Made by a program: the position numbers and the translations under genes
NCBI GenBank assembly: GCA_044892525.1
Contig: CM097885.1
Location: forward strand, 172,050,001-172,114,000
DNA length: 64,000 nucleotides
Reading direction: 5' to 3'
Source of the DNA: Schmidtea polychroa
Lineage: Eukaryota
The notes under the pieces: generated by a model
Database searches by the model: none
What the model was told of the DNA's origin: nothing
The model's input: only the letters and a program-made list of their open reading frames with translations
In this document: one piece after another, positions 51,100 to 64,000 of the stretch
Layout: the number at the start of each line of letters is the position of its first letter
Numbering within the stretch: the stretch's first letter is position 1

Positions 51100-53437
51100 A
51101 TCAACATACCAGGAGCAGTAAACATATCTTATGATTTGGAAATTTCTTGAAGATTAGATTACTAAAATATGATTTTTTTATTTATTTTTTATTTATTTTA
51201 TTATTTTTTATTTATTTTTTTTTTATTTTTAATGGATTTAATGAACTCTTAAATATTGAATAAAAATATAAATAACTCTTAAATTTTAAATAAATATATT
51301 CATACATTTTTCCCAGTATTTTTATTATTAAAAAGTTTAAAAAATAACATGGGGTCGGAAAAATTTAAATGTGCACAGGGCGCCACAGCTGTTGAGTCGG
51401 CGCTGGTCATTTTATTCATTTTCACTACAATAAAATAAAATACAACCTATTAAAACTGCAATTTGAGTACAATAATGTTTGTATTTTTTTATACAAGTGT
51501 AAGCAAAACTTAGAATGTTGAAGATATAATATAGAAATATATGATGAAATGGAAAAAATGTCAAGTAGGTTGAAATATAAGATTTCACTTATAAAAACAA
51601 TAAATATTCATTAAAATAAATTTCATTAAAATACTAAATAAAATTTCTAAAAAATATTGGTGATGGCAGATTTAATTGTGGAAATAACATCTGAATGAAG
51701 GATGGATTATATGGATTAAATGACGTGATACTATGAAAGGATCCCTCAAAATGTTAGTAAATAAATTCATTATTTTAAGAAATCTTATAAATGAAGGTGA
51801 TTGTGCCAACCTAAAATGAACGTCAAAATAATGCATTAAAAAATTAATTAAGTAGAAATGAAAAAGTTGTGATATTCATATATTTATTTATTAGAATCGT
51901 CCTGCCAGTTATTTTACTTTAAATTTCCACTATATGTGAAAGAGAATGTCTCAACAATCTCAACAATCAAACTTTATACGTTTATTATCTAATAATTTCA
52001 TTTTATTTCATTATTTATTTTATTATTAATTATTATTATTAATATTGTTACAGGGGACAGGGAGAGTCCATTAATATTTTTACTATACATATTTTATTAT
52101 TCATAATAAAGCATCTTTTTTACTACAGCAAATATTATGCATTTTGAATTTTTTAATTATGTTTTTTGTTGTGCAGTACGAATAAAATTATATTTTAACA
52201 AAACAAATTCTAATTTGTCTTTAAATTAGTTTATATTAATTAAATTAATTATGAAATAAACAAAAATAATTTAAACTTCATTTTAAGATATACTGTTAAT
52301 TTAATAAAAAAATTCGTTTTAATAATTAATAAAATAACATTACCATCACATCGGTACTGATAATTTATGTACATTCCCGTTAGTAATAATAATAATATTT
52401 TACTAGAATGACAGTGTAGGTTTTTAAACATGATTTGTATCTAAAATTTTAAATANNNNNNNNNNNNNNNNNNNNNNNNNNNNNNNNNNNNNNNNNNNNN
52501 NNNNNNNNNNNNNNNNNNNNNNNNNNNNNNNNNNNNNNNNNNNNNNNNNNNNNNNNNNNNNNNNNNNNNNNNNNNNNNNNNNNNNNNNNNNNNNNNNNNN
52601 NNNNNNNNNNNNNNNNNNNNNNNNNNNNNNNNNNNNNNNNNNNNNNNNNNNNNNNNNNNNNNNNNNNNNNNNTCAAATAAAATCATCTCAAAAACCGCCC
52701 TATTTATAACTAGAAACAAGATAAGATTTAATTAATTATAGGCGGAAAAAGTTAATTATTTTCCTAGAAATGGATTTCTGCTCGAATAATTCAAAATTGA
52801 ATCCATTAAAACATTCATGTGAGATGATTTCACAAATATGAATTTACAATTTTTATTAAAACATCGAAATATATTTGTTTTTTGTTAATTTATAACTTCG
52901 TTTACTACCATTTATTCAATATATTATTGATTTAAATATTTATTATTTTTATTTAAAATGTTAAAAAAATATTTTTATTTTGAATGATTTCTTTGATTAA
53001 AAAATTTGGTTCTTATGTGTAGATTAAATATGTTTTGCAAATTTATCCATTACTTATTTTTGGTATTCAAATAAATCAAATAATCTTCAGGTTCCTAATT
53101 TGGTTTAGGATTTTGCAATATATTTTCGAATGATCAAAGGAAAATTAAAAATGTATTTAAAAATCTGAAATTGTAGCAATTTGTGGAACATCGTACCGTT
53201 TTAAATATAAAAAAGGGTTAATAGTAAAACCTCAAACAATTTATTAATATTTAATTATTATATTATGTGCATAAATTATCTCTAAATTTGGTTATTTCGA
53301 TTTGTACTCTAGATTTTATTTGGCTTATTAATTTCATCGAACTCTTCATTATTATCAATTTCATCTTTTGTTGATAATAAGCTACTTTCATTTTGTATAA
53401 ATTAAAAATTCTTTGTATTTATAAAAAAATTGGCTAT

Positions 53438-53545
53438 TAATCAGTAAAGATATCAAAAACATCGATATCTTTAATGATTCAAAGTCAATTTTTTAATAAA
53501 TACAATGCCAATTGAAAAGAAATATGTGGTGAAAATCGAAAGAAG
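53438..53545 (+). repeat. Headless, diverged copy of the hammerhead-associated repeat
   Basis: ATATCAAAAACATCGATATC...TTTAATAAATACAATGCCAATTGAAAAGAAATATGTGGTGAAAATCGAAAG. Confidence 0.6.
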
Positions 53546-53799
53546 TTCTTTTAATAAAAATTCTTTATAAATTCATAGAAAATTAATCCATTTATTTCTT
53601 CCAAATATTATGTCAAACATTCTAAATAACTTAAATTTTGAAATTATAAATAATTTGTTACTATTTTCATTTTAAAATTTCATTTTGAAAATATTTAGAT
53701 AAATAATTTGTTATTAGTTTCTGTCGTTTATAGTTATTATGACGCCTTCTTCACTGCAAAATTTTCTGTAGGAGCAAGGGCAGTTCAATTTTTCTTGAA

Positions 53800-53833
53800 T
53801 TCACTTGAAAAAGGGAGTGCCGAAATTCGTGAG
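53800..53833 (+). ncRNA. Hammerhead-like motif copy with mutated stem II; repeat body to ~53895
   Basis: TTCAC-TTGAAAA-A-GGGAGTGCC-GAAA-TTC-GTGAG. Confidence 0.5.
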
Positions 53834-54099
53834 TATCAACAAACATCGATATATTACTGATTTATAGTCTTCAAACTCTCTTTTTAATAAATAAATATTT
53901 TAGAAGATGGAAGGACGTTAAAAATTTTGAAGCTCAAATACTATACAATAGGAACAAATAGGTACAGAATAAATATAAATGTAGACAATAATCAATAATG
54001 ATGGTATCTACGAGATCAAAAGAATAAACATTATCATATTGACTTATTAATAAAAATTTGATGAGATGCAATTGATGACATTATTTATTATTATTCTTA

Positions 54100-54180
<81 letters not shown>
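54100..54180. repeat. (ATT)27 microsatellite
   Basis: Direct reading. Confidence 0.95.
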
Positions 54181-54183
<3 letters not shown>

Positions 54184-55419
54184 TTATTATTTTAATTAAA
54201 AAGTCAACCATCTGGTTGATTGTATTTTCGCACTAAGTGCATTTTTGTTTGAAAATTATTTTGCATATTGGCAAAATTATAAAGAAAAAAAAATATTAAA
54301 TAAATCATAAAATTATATTAAAATAATAAAATAGTAAAAATCCATATAACCATGAATCAGTATTTGTAGTTAGTTACACAGATAAATTTTTAACAATGAT
54401 AGCTTTGGAGTTTTAGAAATAAATATAAAAATGTGCTTGAATCTCAAAACTTTCCTTGGGACTTTTCTGATAAATAATTGATTCCACGTATATATCCGTA
54501 TAAATTCAGAAAAGAGAAAATATACGCGCACACACATACATACATAATTTCCAGACTCATATCAGCCAAAGGTTGAAACAGTTTTCCCTGTTATCTCTTT
54601 AATGCGATTCTTTTAATTCAAAAATTCTTTCAATACTTGCTAATATTCCTAATACGAACTATGATTTCAAAAAATATTCTTCTATAAAGAAACAGTTTAG
54701 ATTTCCTTCGCCAGAGGAATGCTCGCCATAATTTTGCTTTTTAAAACTTCAAAAATCGTAGTTTTGTACTTATTATAATTTGGATACATATGGTACCGTT
54801 GGTCTTCTAATTATTTTTACGAATTTGTCGAGTTCTTTTAGTAGAGAAAACGACGACCAGATTTGAATTGCAATACAAATTATTAGTACGTGACTTATTC
54901 CTAACTTATTGCAATTCCAATATACTAAGACAAGTTGACGTTGGTTTTCATATTTATTAGCATACATTTGACATATTTAATTTTCTTTCCGAGGTCAAGT
55001 TCAATGAACCGAGACGCAAAATGCATAAATAATTATTCTATCTTATTTATTTGGTTCTGACATTTAGCTTGACTTTGATTTCAATATATAATATTTCTAA
55101 TATTTTCTATTTTCAAATTTTGTTTTTAGAATCATGGAAACTGTAATAATAAAATATTTTACCAGTAAAATCTTTAAATCTTTTTTTCACCATTGTCTAT
55201 TTCTAAACTTATTTTCCTGAATCTTAATTGGTTTTCAGATTATAGATCAATATACATTTTTTGTTAAATAATTAAAAGATCGGTAAATTAAAAATCTATT
55301 CATCGAGTATTTATTTCTGTTGAATCGGAGACTGTTATGTAAAAATGAATTTTCAATATGTTACATGGTTCAGACATACAATAGCATACACACAAATCAA
55401 ATCATTCTTAATAATTATT

Positions 55420-55950
55420 AATTTAGAAGGCCTTAATCATTTAATATTTTGAATGACTGTAGAGCCGGAATCATTTATCATTCCATAACTCTTTTCATGA
55501 ATTAATTTTATTATTTCAATAGGGTCTCTGTATCGATTATCATCTTTATTTCCAAAATCCATTTTAACTAATACTTTATCTCCAATTTTAAATGTTCTAA
55601 GAATTGTCTTATGATGGTCCTAAATATTGATGATATTATGTTCTTTCATTTCTTGCATTACTCACTGTCTTTGATATGGTGCAAAATATTTTCATCTTTC
55701 TTTATATCTCGTTGCACAAAACAATGTTTGTGTATGCGTTTGCCAAATATAATTTCTATTGGGGAATGTTTTGTAGTTCTTATGAATTAAAGCATTTAAT
55801 GGTTATTCTATTTTTGGAAGTGCATTCCCACTTTTTTATAAAACTTATCATTAATACTACATTGTATTTTTTATTTGAAATTTTCTTTTCACTTAACCAT
55901 TTGTCTGATGATGATATTGCTTCGAAAAATTCAGATTGATATTATCATGT
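55420..55950 (-). mobile_element. Ty3/Gypsy integrase C-terminal remnant
   Basis: TTKHSPIEIIFGKRI and RTFKIGDKVLVK...RYRDPIEIIKLIHEKSY...NIK*LRP (integrase core end and GPY/F-like region), degenerate. Confidence 0.65.
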
Positions 55951-57228
55951 TCATTTGCAGTAATTGAAATTCCTATCATAGGATTCAGGAAAGTTTGGTC
56001 GGAAGAAACATAAACCTAAGGATCCTTATTTTTTGCATGCTTAGAATAAACCCAATAATTTAAAAGAAATTTAACCCTTGGTAGAGTTTCAGTGGTTGGA
56101 CTTCTACGTTATATTATTTACAAAATTTAATTGAAAAAAACATTTAAATAAATCTTATAAATTTGTTTTCAATGAAATATATCAGTCAATATATCAGTGC
56201 TATTAAACCTCATATTATAATAAACAGAATGTCTTTAATTATTCATATAAGACTGACGGTAGTATATTTCGTTGTTAAAATGGACTTTAACCCTCCAATT
56301 AAGTTTTGAAAGTGTCAAAAATTTATTTATTCATTGACAATATTTGCATAATATTTGCAGTAAAGAGTTATAGTTTTCTTTGAAATTTTTATTGGCGATT
56401 TAATAAAATAAATAATAAAATAAGCATGGTAATTATTTAATTATTAGAAAGCGTCACTCAAAAATACATGTTAAAATATTTTTCGACAGTTTCTAGTCAT
56501 AATTAAGTAGGATAGAAAAATCTTTAGATATTATAGATTCAATAAATTCAAAAAATTTTAATTATTTTAAAAAATATCCAATGTATTTTAAATAATAAAT
56601 TGTTTTTCAAAAAATACTTTCAAAAAATATAAATAAAAAATTTAAAATGATATTTAATTCACACAAAATAATTTAATTTTAACAGTGAATCTAAAAATTA
56701 TTAAGAAATCTTTAAATAACAAAATTATTAAACTTACTAATTTATCAATTTAGTACCCAAACTATTTAAAACATTCAAAAATTAAGTACAAAATGTATTA
56801 TTTATTTTAGTTCGAGTCACGTCCCCAACAACCGAACAAAAGGATCTATATAGTAATTCTCTATAGTATTAATTTACTATAGAGAATACTAACAAACTAA
56901 AAAAATCGAAAATAATTGAAAAAAAAACTAAGCTTAATCAAAAATCTGATCATCTCGGATTTATGCTCTAACTAAGAACATTCAAAAGATTCTGATTCTA
57001 ATATAGAAAATACAGATCTCCACTCTTATTCGAGAGATTCAGGTTCTAATATAAAATTTCTGATTTCTCTAATTAAGAAGGTTCGAAAGATCCAAGTACT
57101 AATACAGAAAATCTAGGTTTCGATATAAACCGAAAATTCTTTCAATATCTACATAGTACCAACTATAACTAGTTGATCCAAGTACTATTTATAATTATTT
57201 AATAAATTTTGTAATTTTTAGGTTATTG

Positions 57229-59351
57229 TTAGTTAGTTATTTTATTATCATTATTTTTAATTGGTTTGTACCTCACTTTAAACACATTCAATCCACGATA
57301 ATCTACACACATCCTGATAGATCCATCTTTCTTCCCTACTTTCACTAACGGGACATTCCAATGACTCTTGCAACATCGAATAACATTTGCTTTCATTAAC
57401 TCTTTTATCAGTTCTTCAATTCTTTTCTTCATGTACATTGGTTGACGTTGAGGATGTTGCATTATTGGGCCTTCTGTTATTCGCATCTCATGTCGAACTA
57501 AGTTTGTAAATCCCAGATCGAATTTCGATGCCATAAAAATTCCGCCGTATTCCCTGATCATTCCTTCAATATCTTTATTATTCTCACATGCCATCGCCAC
57601 TAGTGCTTTATTTATTCTTTCTTCATCAGTGTAAAATTTGTTTATCAATGACGTTTTTATATTATTGATTTTCACTAACTTTACTCCAAACTCTTTCATT
57701 GTATCAATGCCCTCTATGAATTCGGGTTTGATCTCTTTCACCACTACTACTGTGAATATTTTGGTCTTATGATTCCATGTGGCCGGTATAGTCATGTATC
57801 CCATTGCTTCTTCACCTCCAGTTGAAAAAACTCCGCACAATAATATCATACTACGTTTAAGTTCTGGTTTGCCTATTTTCTCCCACAAATTCTTGCTCGT
57901 GACTGTTACTGATGCTCCAGAATCCCATAACATCTCTGTTTCGGCATTATTCAACATTATTTTACTCCAATTTCTTACATCTATCGTCTGGTACATCTCT
58001 TCTTCTGCCTCGTCTCTTCGTCGTTCATTTCTTATTTCACAATTTATTGTCTTGACTCCACAGACGAAATGAAACCCATGGAGTCGCTGATGTTTTTTCC
58101 ATCTTCTCTCAATATAGTATATTTCTCAGGGACACTGTATCTATCTTCCATATTGCTGTGATCCATTCTGAAATCCTGGGTGTTCTCGGTGTAATCTCTT
58201 CTTTCAGATTTTGAATCTTCTTCTTCTATGCACGCTATTCTTTGATATCGGTGTGGAACCTCTTTCCGTAACGAAAAACAATCTCGGAAACCGTGACCTT
58301 CCTTGCCACATATCAGGCATTTATTTCCCAGTGGACACTAATACCTTCTATGTCCCCTTTCGCCACAGCAAAAACAATCACCTACCGTTAATTTTGGGAC
58401 CGATGCTTGTGGTAGTCCTCTACTTTCGTTGTACAGCCTCCTTCCAATATTATTCACGGATATTGTTGGCAGCTTCCTTTCTGAGCTATTCGGGATTCTC
58501 GCATTTCTCAAGAATTGTTATCTTGGAGATTGTTCTCGACGACTATGGTTACTTCCTTCGTATTGTATTGGTCCGTGTATAGGGTGTTCGTCTCTTCTTG
58601 ATCTGTGGTGACTAAATGGGTCTTCTGATAGTCTTCTTTGTGATGATGTAGGCATGGGATCTTGGATATTCTTTTGAATTCTCATCTTCCCTCCCTCAGT
58701 CACGCTAGCGTATGTTCTTTGACCGATTGCTTTAATAAATTCTGTTTTATGGTTTTCATTTTTGGTACTTTCAAAAATTTTCGCCAATGATCTCGTTTCT
58801 TCAATTTTTGTTTCTGGTTTCGTCAATAGTATCTCCCTCAGTCTCGCATCGCGTGCTTTATTTGCGATGAGGTCTTGAACAATATCTCCTTCTGATCGTC
58901 CTGAATTTACAACTTCAGCTAAAGCTTTTCTTAGTCATATCTCAAAAGCTGCAAACCTTTCATCATCTTCCTATTCCATAGCTGCAAATTCTCTGATTTT
59001 GTCAGTTATTGATTTTGTAATTGTGAACGTATTTAAGAACCACGCTTTGGCTTTTACATCTGTTGTTTCTGTTTCTCTGAAGTTTCCCCACAATGTCTTT
59101 GCTTCTGCCACTAATAACACATCGAAAGTGCTTGTCAATCGCTGTCCATTTGTCAGCAACCATTCTTCTATATCCCTGATCCATTCTTCGGCTTCTTTTA
59201 AACCTCTTCCATCATATCGTCTGATGTTCAGTGTCAGCATGTCTTGGCATGATTTCGGTAGGCATTCCATTAGCGATTTTGTCGATTTCGAAATGGCGTT
59301 GATATTTTGATTTTCGGCGTGGTCGCCAGTTAAATCCGTCTTTATATCCAT
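57229..59351 (-). mobile_element. Ty3/Gypsy gag-pol remnant (gag, two CCHC knuckles, aspartic protease, truncated RT)
   Basis: gag YDGRGLKEAEEWIRDIEEW; knuckles CFCCGERGHRRY*C and CLICGKEGHGFRDC (~58280-58375); protease LWDSGAS; RT start PLVKVGKKDGSIRMCVDYRGLN, then abrupt truncation. Confidence 0.9.
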
Positions 59352-59614
59352 CTTAAATTTGCAGCAAAAATCTTGAAACTGACAATATATATTTAATCAA
59401 AGAATTTATAAATAACAAGTTTTGATTAATTCACAAAAACCGCCAATTCCAAATTATTTAAACAAAACGATATCTAACTAGCATAAAATCATTTTATTTC
59501 TGAAAATTATGAGAAGTATATAATAATTAATAATCTAAATAATAACTTCAGAAGGATAGTCCAAACAAATTTTCAGCGTTGAATAAAATATTTCAAAAAC
59601 CATTTATTAAAATT

Positions 59615-60634
59615 TCGATATTTACGGTCTTTTTTACACGATTTTGAAATAACACGGTTCACAAAAAAGGAACGAATCTTCTTTTTTTGCACGAAATATT
59701 CGGTTTAACACTATTTCCAAAAAATTTTATGTTTTAATTTTGTTTTATTGCTATTTTGACAAATATTTTTTTAGAAAATATTACTTACATAAGGAAGTTT
59801 TAATAAACTGTTAATGTTATTTTTTTTAATTTTAAATTTTTTACTTATTATTTTATTTTACTAAGGGAATTTTATTAAACTGGTAATTTCCTGCAAAAAT
59901 TATTATTTTTGAGAAGTTTTACTTACATAAGGAAATTTTAATAAACTAGTAATGTTATTTTTTTTAGATTTAAAAATTTTTTATTAAGTGTTTTTATTTT
60001 AATTTTTATTATAGCCGATTAATAATATGCCTAAACCAACGAAAAATAATCGGAAGCGACAAGCGATTTCTTTGGAAACTAAAATAAAAATTTTAGACAG
60101 TCTTGAGAGAGGCGTAGGTCCCACATCTGTTGGCAAAAATTTTAGTTTAAGTGAAACGAGTAACGTTTTTATTGTGTAGTAACGCATCTGGAGATAAGAT
60201 TTTAAAGCCACTGTTAATCAACAGGTCATTAATGCCACGAGCTTTGAAAGGCAAGAATATTAAACAGCTGCCAGTCCATTGAATGGCTAATAGAAAGGCG
60301 TGGATGACAGGAGAATTTTTTACAAAATGGTTCCAAGAATGCTTAGTTCCTGAAGTTTAAAAATATATGGATCAAAAGGGTCTTCAATTCAAAGTACTTT
60401 TATTCGTCGATAATGCACCCAGCCATCCTGTACTACACCATCCAAAACTTATATAATATGGTTTCAAGATTTACTATTTTTGCACGGTAATTTAGAACAA
60501 CTAATGGTTCCTTTTTCTATTTTACACAGTGTTCTATAATTGTAGAACACATCCTCAATTTTACTATGGTTAACATGTCTTTTTTACACGATTTTCGTTC
60601 GAACGTATCTACCGTGTAAAAAAAGAGTTGGGTG
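59615..60634 (+). mobile_element. Tigger/pogo-family transposon, internally deleted
   Basis: ATG 60027 MPKPTKNNRKRQAISLETKIKILDSLERG (CENP-B-type HTH); LPVHWMANRKAWMT...KVLLFVDNAPSHP (DDE_1); right end ...AAAAGAGTTGGGTG|TA; left end not clearly preserved. Confidence 0.8.
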
Positions 60635-61159
60635 TATTTATTTAAAAATGCTTTACTAATAAAAGCTTGTTTAATTTAAAAATTCAATTTAAAAATGTTT
60701 TTAAAAGTTTTCTTAAATAGTCAATTATTTATCATTTAAAATTATTTTAATAAATCATTGAAATATTTAATTCTCAGCTGAAAACTCCTCACACTATTAT
60801 TTCTGATAAAATGCAAATTTTGTTATTATGGTATGGTACAAACTAATTTTTTCTAAAAAAATACATTTACTTAAAAATTTATTACAAGGATTGCGTTGGC
60901 TCAGAATTGTTGATTTAAGTAAGTTATGTAATATTTTAATAAATTATGAAAATATTGAAATTTTAATATTTCTGGATAAAAATCAAAACTCTTTACTGGA
61001 ATATATGGACTATACAATGACAATTATGCTATAGGCGAAATTATTAAATTTACAATTATGAAAAAGGCGGTTAGATTTTTAATTGCTAAACGATATCATT
61101 TATCTGAAAATTGTTTTTCTAAATAAGCATGCCGAATAATTAACAAATTAATCGAAAAG

Positions 61160-62772
61160 TTAATCTATGTTGATGATCCTCACTGTATTCGTGGAACCGG
61201 GTGTCGGCTTCCAACCGGTGACCAGTACAATTAAATCTCCAGTTTTAAAGAACCCCTGTTCACAGCCGTATTCAATTGAATAACTGATTCTTACATCAAC
61301 GTCATCACTCCAATTCTGTAAACCAGGCATCATGCACAACAACGGATGCAAACCTCGCCAGAGGTGACACTGCCTAGCGACGATTTCATTTCTTGTCACA
61401 GCCAATATTGGACAACTCGGCCGATATTTTGCAATCAAATGCGCCGATTTCCCCGTTGTTGTCAACACGACAATTGCTTTGGCGCTTGACAACTGAGCAG
61501 CCTCGACAGCAGCTACAGCAGACGTCTCAATGGCGTCGCCGTAATATTTCGAATCGGATTTCAATTCTTGCAAATATCGATTTTGGAAAAACATCGATTC
61601 TCCTTCTTTGCAGACTTCGTGCATAGTGTGAACGGTCTGAACTGGAAATTTCCCCTTTGCCGTTTCTCCGGACAACATAACGCAATCACTGCCGTCTAGT
61701 ACGGCATTGGCTACGTCACTGATTTCCGCACGAGTCGGCCGGGCTTTTGTCACCATTGATTCCAGCATTTGCGTTGCACAAATCACCGGTTTACCTTTTC
61801 TGTTGCATTTGGCGATCATCATTTTTTGTGCCGCTACTACTTTTTCTGCTGGTATTTCAATTCCCAAATCTCCCCTAGCAACCATTATACCATCGGCAGC
61901 ATCGATTATTTCATCAATCCGTTTCACTCCTTCATAATTTTCTATTTTAGCGATTATCAAAATATGTTTTCCAGCATCACCGAGAATCGATCGAATTTCT
62001 TGAATCGCTGCGGCGTTGCGAATAAACGAAGCAAACACAATGTCGACCTGCATAATGAATACCAATCAACAACATAGAATTTATTAATGTTTACTTTGTG
62101 TTTCACGCCGAATTGTAAATCGGCTTTGTCTTTTTCAGATACTGCCGGTAAATCAACATAAGCTCCAGGAAGATTGACACCTTTTTTCGATCCCAACGAT
62201 CCGCCGTTTTCAATTTCACAATCTAAATAGTCTTCACCTTTTCCAATAACAATTAAACTAATAAGTCCATCGTCGATAAAAATTCGACTTTCGATTTTGA
62301 GAATATTGACAACATTTTTGTAATCTATCCATATATTTTTATTGTCACATTTTTCGGCATATTCTTCATTGGTAACTATTCGAACTTTTTCACCTTCTTT
62401 TAACAAAATTTCCGCAGTTTCACTTCCATTAATTAAACCAGTTCTGATTTCTGGTCCTTTAGTGTCTAACGCAACTGAAATAGGCCTATATGAAGCTTGA
62501 TATGTGTTAGAAGCGTCATGAATTAATTTTATCGATTTTACGTGATAATCATGAGTACCGTGGCTAAAATTAAGCCTAGCAATATTCATTCCAGCCGCAA
62601 TCATTCCATGAAGAGTCGCAATGTTGTTGCATGCAGGACCAATGGTGCAAATTATTCCGGTATTTCTAATTATGAATGGTTTTTTATCAATATCAAGATC
62701 ACATAAATGATTCAAAGAAGAAGAAGCATGATGTCTTGCACATTGGCTATCGATTATATCATTTGCAGACAT
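61160..62772 (-). CDS. PKM: Pyruvate kinase, 521 aa, 2 exons
   Basis: Exons 62772-62095 and 62047-61160 with a 47-nt GT-AG intron; motifs [70 protein letters not shown]. Symbol reflects the metazoan PK family, not a tested orthology. Confidence 0.96.
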
Positions 62773-62999
62773 TTAAATATATATGATATGAAAATTATAG
62801 CTGAATAAATATCTATAATATATTAAATGCCGATAATAAAATAATTTAGGTTTGAAGATTTAATTAACCAATTAAATTGATGACTTTCATTGATTTAATG
62901 AAACAAGCAATTTCTGATATTTAATAAATATCATAATTTTATTTCTCAAACTTTTGTAATAAATATTCTTCAATTATTTAAAAATATTAATAATTTAAT

Positions 63000-63480
63000 T
63001 TTATATTTAACGAATATAGATCTAAAATTTTTGATTGTTTTTGAGTTTCTTCATCGATGATTAACGATTTTGATTTGTTTTGGTTATCGTCATAAATGTA
63101 AAAATTTACCAGCCAATTCAAAAATTTTCAACTGTTTTATCACGACGGCTGAGCTATAGTGTTTAATTGTTGACATTCAGATTGTAAAATTACTACTTCA
63201 AACAGAAAATATTGAAGGATTCTGATTTACTAAGTGTTTCATAACTTCCTTAATACCATGTTAGTAATGTTAACGTACTTGAGAATTGCTAAACAAGTGA
63301 GCTTCATTTTCAAAATTTCATCGCGATTTCTTTTTACCTGGCTATAAACAATAATTAGAAAGATTTACTTCACCATTATTTTCTTCAAAGATATATGACA
63401 TCTCGATTACCATTTTATAGTTTTGTTGGGTTATTGAGTTGGTGATAATTTTAAATGTTACTCTGACTCCAAGCGTGTCT
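63000..63480 (-). mobile_element. Possible decayed gag-like 5' fragment of an LTR element
   Basis: PBS-like TGGAGTCAGAGT near 63455-63466 followed by a stop-riddled frame containing RRDKTVENF; weak. Confidence 0.2.
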
Positions 63481-63859
63481 TTAACTAATTCACAAATAAC
63501 AATTGACAACAGAAATCTTTATTGATAATCACAAATAAACTTTCACTTTACACTGACAATCAATTCAACACTCTGCTATACAATGCTTATTACAACACTC
63601 GGAGAGGAATAGCACCGGTGTATAACACCGGATTAAAAGATCACAAACCACTGATTTTATCACTGGGACTTTGAGCTGGTTGTTTTCTTTGACTTTCTTC
63701 ACAATTTTATTCAAATAATCAAATAACTTCTTTTCGTTTTATTCTTTAACTAATTCTTTTCTTCAACTCTTCTCCAATAATTATTCTGCACAATTATTTT
63801 CTTTACAATTATTCTTCACAAATCGTTTATTCAACAACGTTTTGTTCAAAAAAAAGCAG

Positions 63860-64000
63860 AAAGAAGAGATGAAGCATAATAAAGATGAATTATTAATGAA
63901 GAATGTGAAATTAATATTACCTCCGAGTTTCAGAAGAGAAGTTTTTCAGATGATTCACAATGTCGCTCATCCAGGAATATGAAGGACCAAAAGATTGATG
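63860..64000 (+). mobile_element. Ty3/Gypsy integrase zinc-binding (HHCC) N-terminal fragment, runs off window
   Basis: KLILPPSFRREVFQMIHNVAHPGI*RTKRLM. Confidence 0.7.

Larger units (their letters stand above)
47917..51405 (+). mobile_element. hAT DNA transposon (ZMYM1-like / DUF4371 type) with both ends
   Basis: TIRs CAGCGCCG(G/A)CT; identical 8-bp TSD GTCATTTT at 47909-47916 and 51406-51413. Confidence 0.92.

Noticed and set aside
59430-59445. TGGCG PBS-like motif upstream of Gypsy gag
   Set aside because: Cannot be matched to a tRNA 3' end without a search, and no LTR pair is visible.
61393-62077. Plus-strand ORFs overlapping pyruvate kinase (61393, 61707, 61769) and antisense ORFs over Gypsy (57779, 58211, 58429, 58999)
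   Set aside because: Shadow ORFs on the antisense strand of real coding sequence.

Overview
Very AT-rich eukaryotic (animal-like) draft-assembly DNA with 8 N-gaps and many 45-63 nt GT-AG introns. The host cannot be identified from sequence alone; the style fits an AT-rich invertebrate such as a triclad flatworm (inference). Two intact host genes lie on the minus strand: a 10-exon, ~552-aa two-TM ecto-NTPDase/apyrase (GDA1/CD39 family, 2849-10878) and a 2-exon, 521-aa pyruvate kinase (61160-62772). Most of the rest is decayed mobile DNA. This includes Tc1 and mariner remnants, hAT elements (one with matching 8-bp TSDs and a nested MITE with its own TSD), piggyBac-type MITEs, two Helitron-type non-autonomous elements, a Tigger/pogo remnant and Ty3/Gypsy fragments. 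Four signals stand out. (1) A dispersed ~150-bp repeat headed by a minimal type-I hammerhead-ribozyme-like motif with a U3-A8 compensatory core. (2) Three AGTAG-type Polinton/Maverick-like termini, one leading into a 6.8-kb region where a ~100-bp palindrome-containing repeat punctuates small decayed genes. (3) An intronless RING-finger gene broken by two compensating frameshifts. (4) A decayed spliced gene whose last exon resembles, by eye, a pox/NCLDV-type mRNA cap methyltransferase. All family assignments come from visual motif recognition, not database searches.
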